DNA of 64,000 nucleotides from Candidatus Falkowbacteria bacterium (GTDB lineage Bacteria; Patescibacteriota; Patescibacteriia; UBA11705; JABHMO01): NCBI GenBank assembly GCA_018674305.1, contig JABHAL010000001.1, positions 68,635 to 132,634 of the forward strand, read 5' to 3'. Shown piece by piece: positions 57,401 to 64,000 of this stretch (position 1 is its first letter; each line of letters starts with the position of its first letter). The notes under the pieces were generated by a model. It saw only the letters and a program-made list of their open reading frames with translations, ran no database searches and was not told where the DNA came from. The position numbers and the translations under genes were made by a program.

Positions 57401-60400
57401 GTCAGCAGTACACTCATATGTGCCTAGTCCACACTCACCAAGCGCCAGACAATCAATTCCGATCGGGAAGTTTTCATCAATCATACCATCACAGTTATTG
57501 TCCAGGTTGTCGCAAAGTTCATCAGTCGGCTCAAGCGCTTCCGCACTGCAAACCTCCTGACCATCAACTGAACACACGAATGTGCCAGCCACTTCGCATT
57601 CACCTACACCATCACTGCACGGCATACCAAGATTAACAAAATCCTCATCAACCTCACCGTCACAATCGTTGTCCGCACCATCACAAACTTCTTCTGGTAA
57701 CGGACCACATTCGCCACAGGCGTTGAGAAGGTCCTCGTCAACCTCGCCGTCGCAGTTATTGTCCTCGCCATCACACACTTCGGCAGGAACATCACCGCAC
57801 TGACCACAAGCATTAAGCAGACCTTCGTCCACTTCACCGTTGCAGTTATTATCAAACCCGTCACAAACTTCGTCACCAGGCTCAATTGCATCAATGCAAT
57901 CTCCCCAAGTGCCATCAGCCTGACAAGTCTGAACTCCGAATTGGCAAACGCCTTCATCCGAAGTGCCACACTGCTTCGTCATACCAGGATCACAGGCACA
58001 GACATCATCGAGCGTATCAACCTGCCCATTGCAGTCGTTATCCATATTGTCCCCACACACTTCCGGAATTGAAGCATCTTCGCTTCCACCAGGTGCTGAA
58101 GAACAAATAACGCCTGCTAGGTCAGCAGTACACTCGTATGTCCCTGATCCACATTCTCCAAGAGCCAGACAGCCAACTCCGAGTGGGAAGTTTTCATCAA
58201 CCAACCCGTCGCAGTCATTGTCCAGATCGTCACAAACTTCGTTCACCGGATCACTAGGTACAGCGCTACAAACTTCCAGCCCCTCTGAACAAACAAAGGT
58301 CCCTTCAGTTTCACACTCACCCTGACCAGCCGAACAAAGTTCACCTAGATTAATATAATCTTCATCTGTTTCACCGTCGCAGTCATTGTCTGCACCATCG
58401 CAGACATCAATGCCCGGCTCAACATTTCCTATGCAATCGTCCCATGTACCATCAGGCAAACAATCCCGCATACCGAACTTGCAAAGTCCAACGTCGCTAC
58501 TCCCGCACTGCTCTTCATCACCAGGGTCGCAAGAGCAACCCTCGTCAACCGAGCCATCACAGTCATTATCAACGTTGTCTCCACAGTCTTCAGCTACGGA
58601 AGCGTTTTCACTGCCCTCAGGATCACTGGAGCAAACTGTGCCACTGCCATCCGCATTACACTCAAGAGTGCCTGCGCCACAGCCGCCCATACCATTGCAA
58701 GGCGCACCGACGAAGAAACCCTCATCAACACTACCATCGCAATTGTCGTCCAGTCCATTACAGGACTCGCCAACATTGGGATTGATCATAGGATCTGCGT
58801 CGTTGCAATCCCCTTCACAGATTCGAACACCGTCCTCATCTGCATCAGATTCATCCAAGGGAATTTCATCATCGCAATTATCGTCAAGTCCATTACACAT
58901 TTCTTCTGGCAATGGCTCAACATTTCCTACGCAATCACCCCAGGTGCCGTCATCAAGACAAGTCTGCCAACCGGTCATGCAAATTCCAACAGAAGAACTG
59001 CCACACACCTGGATGTCACCAGGATCACAAGCGCAATCCTGATCAACGAGACCATCGCAGTCATTGTCGGTATTATCACCACAAACTTCGGCCAAAGACT
59101 CATCCAAACTGCCGCCAACATCAGTTGAACAAACAGTGGAATTTTCATCCAGGCATTCCAGCTGACCCATACCACAGGCACCTACACCATTGCAAGGAGC
59201 ACCGACGAAGAAACCTTCATCAACACTACCATCGCAATTATCGTCAATCCCATTACAGACTTCATCTGCAGCAGGATTAACAGCCGCATTGGTATCATCA
59301 GTATCACCATCGCAAATTCGGAACTCATCCTCGTCTGCGTCAGCTTCATCATCGGGAACAGCGCCGTCACAGTCATCATCCAAACCATTGCAAAGCTCCG
59401 GTCCGGGATTAACTGAGTCAACGCACTCACCCCAAAGGGAATCATCCCCACAAGTCTGTTCACCAATCTGGCAAACACCCTCGTCTGTCATACCGCACTT
59501 TTTGACAACATCATCTTCTTCTGAATCACACTCGCAACCTTCATCAACGCTGCCATCACAGTCATTGTCAATCAGGTCACTGCACACTTCATCTAAAGAC
59601 ATATCATCAGCGCCGTTCGGCATAGTTGAGCAAAGGTAAGTACCTTCACCGTCACACTGATAAGTCCCTGCACTGCAAGCGCCAAGTCCAACGCACGGTA
59701 CATTGACAAAGAAATCTTCATCAACATCACCATCACAATCGTCATCAACACCATTGCAGAGCTCAGGAGCGTTCAAGTAAGTTGTGGCATTAGCCTCATC
59801 GCAGTCACCTGCGCATTCCGCCATACCATCACCATCCTGATCAATCTCCGTTTCCGGAACCTCTGTGTCACAGTCATCATCTAGGCCATTGCATTCCTCG
59901 GGAATCGGTTCAACAGAACCTTCACATTCGCCCCAAGTTCCGCCGGCCTGACATTCCTGCCAGCCAAGCTGACAAACGCCTTCAACACTGCTTCCACAAA
60001 TCTGCCAATCGGCCTCATCACATGAACAGCCCTCGTCAACGCTGCCATCACAGTCGTTGTCCAGGTTATCGCTGCACAGTTCAAAGATCGACTGCTCGTC
60101 ACTGCCGCCAGGCATAGTGGAACAAATGGTAGCCGTATCGCTGTAACATTCCAGCATACCAGTACCACAAGCGCCAACACCTTCGCACGGAGCGCCAACA
60201 AAGAAACCTTCGTTAACCTCTCCATTGCAGTCATCGTCAATCGCATTGCAAATCTCCGGCATGGCCGGATTTACTCCAGCGTCCGTGTCATTACAATCAT
60301 TGTCACAAATCCGCCAACCGTCGCCGTCCTCATCCGCTTCATCAGCAGGCACAAGTCCGTCGCAGTCATTATCAAGCCCGTCACAAAGTTCTTCTGCTCC

Positions 60401-60994
60401 AGGATGATAGGCAGGAGTTAAATCATTGCAATCACCGTCGCAAACGCGGTAACCGTCATTATCCTGATCAGCTTCAACATCAGGAATCTGACCATCACAG
60501 TCATCGTCCAATCCGTTACAAGCTTCTTCAGGAACATCACCACAGCCACCACAGTTATTGAGCACACCCTCATCAGTTTCGCCATCACAGTCATTATCTA
60601 CTGTGTCACAAACTTCAGCAGGTACCTCACCGCACTGGCCGCAAGCATTCTTCACACCTTCGTCAATCTCACCGTCGCAGTCATTATCCTTGTAATCGCA
60701 AACCTCAGCCGTAGCTGAGCAGGTCGGAGTACTGGGATCAGTTACGCCACTCCCATCAGGGTCATAAGCGCAGTAACCGCCAACACCTTCCACAACCTGA
60801 CAAAGCCAACCACCACCATGACCTGCCTCAAAGCAGTCCTCATTAGTGGTGCACTTAGTCTTGCACTCGCCATCAACTGAAACCTGGGCCTCAGCACAGT
60901 TGTCACCATCATCTGCGGTTCCGTTATCTCCGCTACAAGCAGAAAACACAGAAACCAACGCCAACGCTACCATTGCTACGAAAAGATTCCTCAT
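54440..60994 (-). CDS. giant secreted/lipoprotein-like Cys- and Asp-rich protein with >40 MopE-type CxG(L/V/I)DDDCDG putative metal-binding repeats; start at MRNLFVAMVALAL preceded by GGAGGTG
   Basis: Signal/lipobox FSAC; reiterated C(N/D)GxDD(D/N)CDGxxDE modules; about 2184 aa; G+C-rich. Confidence 0.7.
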   Translation of the reverse strand: MRNLFVAMVALALVSVFSACSGDNGTADDGDNCAEAQVSVDGECKTKCTTNEDCFEAGHGGGWLCQVVEGVGGYCAYDPDGSGVTDPSTPTCSATAEVCDYKDNDCDGEIDEGVKNACGQCGEVPAEVCDTVDNDCDGETDEGVLNNCGGCGDVPEEACNGLDDDCDGQIPDVEADQDNDGYRVCDGDCNDLTPAYHPGAEELCDGLDNDCDGLVPADEADEDGDGWRICDNDCNDTDAGVNPAMPEICNAIDDDCNGEVNEGFFVGAPCEGVGACGTGMLECYSDTATICSTMPGGSDEQSIFELCSDNLDNDCDGSVDEGCSCDEADWQICGSSVEGVCQLGWQECQAGGTWGECEGSVEPIPEECNGLDDDCDTEVPETEIDQDGDGMAECAGDCDEANATTYLNAPELCNGVDDDCDGDVDEDFFVNVPCVGLGACSAGTYQCDGEGTYLCSTMPNGADDMSLDEVCSDLIDNDCDGSVDEGCECDSEEDDVVKKCGMTDEGVCQIGEQTCGDDSLWGECVDSVNPGPELCNGLDDDCDGAVPDDEADADEDEFRICDGDTDDTNAAVNPAADEVCNGIDDNCDGSVDEGFFVGAPCNGVGACGMGQLECLDENSTVCSTDVGGSLDESLAEVCGDNTDNDCDGLVDQDCACDPGDIQVCGSSSVGICMTGWQTCLDDGTWGDCVGNVEPLPEEMCNGLDDNCDDEIPLDESDADEDGVRICEGDCNDADPMINPNVGESCNGLDDNCDGSVDEGFFVGAPCNGMGGCGAGTLECNADGSGTVCSSDPEGSENASVAEDCGDNVDNDCDGSVDEGCSCDPGDEEQCGSSDVGLCKFGMRDCLPDGTWDDCIGNVEPGIDVCDGADNDCDGETDEDYINLGELCSAGQGECETEGTFVCSEGLEVCSAVPSDPVNEVCDDLDNDCDGLVDENFPLGVGCLALGECGSGTYECTADLAGVICSSAPGGSEDASIPEVCGDNMDNDCNGQVDTLDDVCACDPGMTKQCGTSDEGVCQFGVQTCQADGTWGDCIDAIEPGDEVCDGFDNNCNGEVDEGLLNACGQCGDVPAEVCDGEDNNCDGEVDEDLLNACGECGPLPEEVCDGADNDCDGEVDEDFVNLGMPCSDGVGECEVAGTFVCSVDGQEVCSAEALEPTDELCDNLDNNCDGMIDENFPIGIDCLALGECGLGTYECTADGVDVICSSAPGGSEDASAPEVCGDNLDNDCNGQVDTLDDVCTCDPGMTKQCGSSDEGVCQFGVQTCQAEGTWGDCVGAVEPGDEVCDGSDNNCDGEVDEGLLNACGQCGDVPAEVCDGEDNDCDGEVDEDYLNLGEVCSVGQGECETEGTFVCSEGLAVCNVVPGDSMDELCDGLDNDCDGLIDENFPLGVGCLALGECGAGTYECTADEASVICSSAPGGSEDASAPEVCGDNLDNDCNGQVDTLDDVCACDPDMTKQCGTSDEGVCQFGVQTCQADGTWNDCQGAVAPSDEVCDGVDNNCDGEVDEDLLNACGQCGDVPAEVCDGEDNDCDGEVDEGLLNDCGQCGDAPAEVCDGEDNDCDGLIDESFPVGFECLAAGECGSGVLECNQDGTGVICSVAVGGSEDASVPEVCGDNLDNDCDGMVDTLDDECDCEPGATMSCGTTDVGVCQYGESFCENDGSWSDCVGNVEPATEEACNGLDDDCDGAVDQDEVDSDADGEMVCEGDCSDGDPAVNSGADELCNGQDDNCDGAVDEGYYVGVPCLGYGACGAGVYECANDFGYQCSTMPGGSEDQSSPEDCNDLVDNDCDSSVNEGCECTPDDTEQCGTTDEGECDYGEQTCSAQGLWGDCVGNVEPKPEECNGLDDNCNGAVPLDEADDDGDGERVCAGDCNDDAASINTSADEVCNGLDDDCDGSVDEGFFIGAPCVGTGTCGLGSWECADEALTICSTNPDGSADQSVAEVCGDNLDNDCDGSADEDCDCDPDDLAICGTTEDGVCQQGLQTCENDGTWGACVGNVEPIEELCNGLDDDCDTEVPANEADADADGFMLCDDDCDDGDADVYPGADEVCNGVDDDCDGDIDEDCPTIYCNICCGYGLGHPVVWSGGIPVDTWSAEGYCGVWSGTIQQICLRGEYPVQGYEEDGWIDWNCQNGNEWGGWETDGVLWCVDQDGTPVTFEAVEGQVDPEDPDPEGEVILLDNICPQ
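56150..58400. repeat. three ~0.72-kb near-identical tandem super-repeats inside the giant gene (each ~240 aa)
   Basis: Recurring nucleotide blocks e.g. cggcaggaacatcacc(a/g)cactg(g/a)ccaca at ~56434, ~57061, ~57781; protein copies ...CLALGECGxGTYECTAD..GVCQFGVQTCQA.. Confidence 0.55.
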
Positions 60995-61180
60995 CACTTC
61001 ACCTCCAGTTGAAAGAATTGCATTCACATTGATCAATCGAGTCTTCATCCTCTCCTCCATTATAGAAAAAATTTTTACCTCAATTGTAAAGGTTCAGCTC
61101 CAAACTAGAGCTCTAAAAATCTAGCAAATTTTTTTATCAATTTACTGCCAATTAAAGCTCTAAAATTAGTTTTTTAACTT

Positions 61181-61212
61181 ATAAATATATCAAATTTTGA
61201 AGACTTTGTCAA
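61181..61212 (-). promoter_or_regulatory. candidate promoter TTGACA-17-TATATT for the giant gene
   Basis: Minus-strand reading ttgacaaagtcttcaaaatttgatatatt. Confidence 0.4.
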
Positions 61213-61265
61213 TAGCTATCAACTATCCATGATTTATAGCTAAATTTAGAATAAAAACAAAAAAA

Positions 61266-61298
61266 GAGCTATAAGTTCGTGGAACTTATAGCTCTTTG
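61266..61298 (-). terminator. intrinsic terminator (agagctataagtt-cgtgg-aacttatagctct + T7 on minus strand)
   Basis: 3' of the second giant ORF. Confidence 0.55.
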
Positions 61299-61305
61299 TG
61301 TTAAA

Positions 61306-64000
61306 TCAATTTGAGCACGTACCGCAGGTACAAATGCTCGGGATACTCATTTCCATCAGTCCTTGCCCAAGATTGTTCTCAGACAAATTGGAGTAATTGC
61401 ACTCCAGGACCGCTTCATTTCCCTGCCCATAGAATGTCTGGTTCGTAATAGGGAAAGAGTCGAGCAAGTTGAATTTGAAAGTTGGATGACACTCTCCCCA
61501 ACTACCATATAACTCACTTGGGAACGTCCAAATTTCATCTTCACAAGCGACAACTGACTCCAGTCCATTGCCATACCAGATTACAGCATACAGCATGCCT
61601 TCAGGACAATGGAATTTGCACTGCAAGTTACCATCCCAATTGCACTGATAGTAATCAGTACAAACTTGGCCAAATGAACACTCATCGTCTGAAGTGCATT
61701 CATCTAGACACTGATTGTCCTGGCAATTGAAACAGTAGTCAACGTCGACGTTGCACTTACCACTCGGCATACATTCAGTGTAGTACTGAAAAAGCGGTGG
61801 TCCATCAATGCAGATGGGCTCGGCCTGTGCGCAGTCTTCGTCAGTCTCACACAAGACACAACCTTCATTCAGATAATTATCACAACTGCCTTCCTGACAG
61901 GTATCGTAAGTACAAGGATTGCCATCATCGCAATCAGAATGCTCAACGCACTCGGGCTTCCCTTCAATCCAGAAGCAGACGTACTTGGAACAAACGCCAC
62001 CGAGTTCACACTCGGAAGAATCTGCACACGCCTGAGAGTCAAAGCAGTCTTCGGCGTCGCCCCACTCTGGATCTTCATACAAATTCATTTCGCAGAAGCC
62101 AGTAACAAAGCAATTACCAGTGAACTCATACACACCACCGTACTGGTCGTTGCAAATCGGATCAAGAGCACAGTCTTGATCTGAATCACAACTAACGATC
62201 AGTGAATTAAATACACATTCACCAACGCAGGTGGCCAAACTGGTGCACTCATCATCTGACTGACAACAAGGTTCCACCTCAATACCTGGCTGGCAAACGC
62301 CGGACTCACAGAAATTACCTGTAGAGCAGGTATTGCCATCATCACAAGCCACTCCGTCGTCGAAAGAGAATTTGCAGTAACCATTATCATTACAAAGTCC
62401 AACAGTACAAACGTTATCACTGAAATCCTCACACTCCTGATTCGTTGTGCAAGGCCAGCCACAAGCAAAGTACTGTTCATTCAGAGGATAGCAAACCTGG
62501 TCAGATCCGCAATCAAATACTTCATGAACACATATACCTTGTGAACAGATATTAGTTGTACAAGGATTGCCGTCATCACAGTCACTATTCATTGTACAAA
62601 TCGGATCACTGCACGATCCATCCGGCTGACAGATTTCCGTTTCACCACAGAACTGACCGATGAATTCAGACACAATCGGATTAACACAAGATCCCTCGAT
62701 GCACACATCATCAGTGCACATGTTAAAATCCACGCAATCCCAGTCAGTGCTACACTCATCCAGAATATGGAAACACTTGCCATAATCGCAGATGTCGCCT
62801 GTATCCAGATTGCCATCGTCGCAGTCCGAGTCATTCAGGCACTCGAAATACTTACAAAGGCCTTGAATGCAGATTGAATCAACCAGACACTGCTCATCAC
62901 CGTTACAGCACTGATATGTGCCATCGATGCAGGACAGTGAATCGTATACTGAAAACTCATCACACTCCAAACCGAAAGACACATCGTCAGGGCTACAGGT
63001 TGCAGCACAATCGTATGTATCGCAACAATCATTAGCAAACATGTTATAGCCATGTACGCACTGATCAGTATTGCTCTTGTAAATGTCGTAAGTGCACGAA
63101 TTATCATCATCACAAAGCAAACAAACTTCTGATGTAACATCATGCTCACAACCACCATTTACGCAAGTGTCAGTGCTACACGGATCCATATCATCACACT
63201 CATAGTCTGCTTCACACTCTGGTTGCGGTCCATAATTGCACTGCGAATTCTCACAACCATACAAACATATCAGCTGTGAATTTCCGGTTTCACACTTCCC
63301 CATATCACAAGAGAAGCCAGTACATTCAAGATTCGAGCCTTCACACACGCAATAGGAATCACCGCAATCAGTGTCATAAGCGCACTCGTTGCAACCACTT
63401 GCACCGCAACCAAAGTCACAGTATTTAGAAGTCACGTTCTGCACGCAAGAGTTATTCACACACGATCCGTTTGACCCACTACAGGTCCAGTGATCATTTT
63501 CACATCCACAACCACCGCCCGTACCACATTCACTGTCATCATTACAGCAACCATCGATTGAATGCTTGACACATGAACCTTCCACACATTGGTCGGAAGT
63601 GCAAACATCATCATCCTCACAGTCAGTATCCGAAGAACACTCCAGACACTCATTGCTCAGACAATCACCGGTGCAGGCATACGTCTTCACGTAACCTTCA
63701 CAAAGACTATCTTCACAACTACCAGTTGCCATATAAACAACCAGCATATTGTCGGTAGTGCAATAGCTGCCAGCTGTCTCCACACAAATCGAGTCATCAT
63801 TACAGCTCGACTCAGGCAAACAGCCTCCGTTCATGCAACCAGTTTCACACTCACTGACGTTCAAGCTTGAAGCCATACAGACTCCTTCAACACAAGAACC
63901 TGTAATATTCATCTGCCACTCGCCAAACTCATCGCAAGCAGTGTTTTCCAGATAACTACAATCGGTATCTGAATAACAGTCCACGTTCGAAACGTCTGAA
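61306..64000 (-). CDS. second giant Cys-rich secreted protein, N-terminus beyond window end (>890 aa here)
   Basis: Reiterated CDDGNPCT(x)D(x)C and Cxx(G)xC modules reminiscent of myxobacterial-type Cys-rich repeats; ORF open to the window edge. Confidence 0.6.
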   Translation of the reverse strand, partial: SDVSNVDCYSDTDCSYLENTACDEFGEWQMNITGSCVEGVCMASSLNVSECETGCMNGGCLPESSCNDDSICVETAGSYCTTDNMLVVYMATGSCEDSLCEGYVKTYACTGDCLSNECLECSSDTDCEDDDVCTSDQCVEGSCVKHSIDGCCNDDSECGTGGGCGCENDHWTCSGSNGSCVNNSCVQNVTSKYCDFGCGASGCNECAYDTDCGDSYCVCEGSNLECTGFSCDMGKCETGNSQLICLYGCENSQCNYGPQPECEADYECDDMDPCSTDTCVNGGCEHDVTSEVCLLCDDDNSCTYDIYKSNTDQCVHGYNMFANDCCDTYDCAATCSPDDVSFGLECDEFSVYDSLSCIDGTYQCCNGDEQCLVDSICIQGLCKYFECLNDSDCDDGNLDTGDICDYGKCFHILDECSTDWDCVDFNMCTDDVCIEGSCVNPIVSEFIGQFCGETEICQPDGSCSDPICTMNSDCDDGNPCTTNICSQGICVHEVFDCGSDQVCYPLNEQYFACGWPCTTNQECEDFSDNVCTVGLCNDNGYCKFSFDDGVACDDGNTCSTGNFCESGVCQPGIEVEPCCQSDDECTSLATCVGECVFNSLIVSCDSDQDCALDPICNDQYGGVYEFTGNCFVTGFCEMNLYEDPEWGDAEDCFDSQACADSSECELGGVCSKYVCFWIEGKPECVEHSDCDDGNPCTYDTCQEGSCDNYLNEGCVLCETDEDCAQAEPICIDGPPLFQYYTECMPSGKCNVDVDYCFNCQDNQCLDECTSDDECSFGQVCTDYYQCNWDGNLQCKFHCPEGMLYAVIWYGNGLESVVACEDEIWTFPSELYGSWGECHPTFKFNLLDSFPITNQTFYGQGNEAVLECNYSNLSENNLGQGLMEMSIPSICTCGTCSN

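Noticed and set aside
56150-58400. Regularly spaced near-identical repeats that could superficially resemble a CRISPR array
   Set aside because: The repeats are ~720 bp protein-coding modules in one continuous ORF. There are no short 25-40 bp repeats with unique spacers, and no cas genes.
54413-59639. Many long plus-strand ORFs (e.g. 54413-54907, 56116-56763, 58386-59042, 59190-59639) rich in S/P/H/Q
   Set aside because: They are antisense to the giant Cys/Asp-repeat gene. Their low-complexity composition is the mirror image of the repetitive GAC/TGC/GGC codons. They have no RBS and no independent conservation signal.

Overview
The window is low G+C (by eye roughly one-third G+C) and densely packed with genes on the minus strand. 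Its character (small proteins, ADP-forming acetyl-CoA synthetase, very large Cys-rich secreted proteins, near-consensus TTGACA-N17-TGnTATAAT promoters) suggests a Patescibacteria/CPR-like or similar reduced-genome bacterium; this is inference only. Housekeeping genes: pilM, rnhA, recJ, lepA, murJ, an acetyl-CoA synthetase (ADP-forming) plus a PduL-like phosphotransacylase, an HD (SpoT-like) hydrolase, a PfkB kinase, glyQS, frr, holB, mreB, dus, cysS, YacP-dnaJ, and a CIRCE-controlled hrcA-grpE-dnaK operon. Accessory content: (i) the most striking feature, at 40.7-46.5 kb, is seven co-directional tandem paralogs sharing a near-identical ~80-aa N-terminal helical module (about 240 nt, also conserved at nucleotide level) fused to unrelated variable C-terminal domains. 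They sit in one apparent operon behind a membrane-anchored GH-like/FG-GAP beta-propeller protein and a small TM protein. This is a candidate undescribed polymorphic cassette system. (ii) Two giant Cys/Asp-rich secreted proteins (2184 aa and >890 aa, the second cut by the window edge) carry MopE-type CxDxDCDG and CDDGN-type repeats; one contains three ~0.7-kb internal tandem super-repeats. A glycosyltransferase / methyltransferase / O-antigen-ligase-like / radical-SAM cluster lies next to them. (iii) Several G+C-rich islands look acquired (9.36-10.5 kb, 32.4-33.7 kb, 37.8-38.6 kb). (iv) A GIY-YIG nuclease gene is bracketed by 29-bp inverted repeats. (v) A candidate ~210-nt sRNA with consensus promoter and intrinsic terminator lies convergent with lepA. 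(vi) A duplicated 5' leader element sits in front of a 31-aa hydrophobic micro-ORF and a lipoprotein gene. No rRNA, tRNA or CRISPR array was recognised. Coordinates of hand-mapped motifs are accurate to roughly +/-2 nt.
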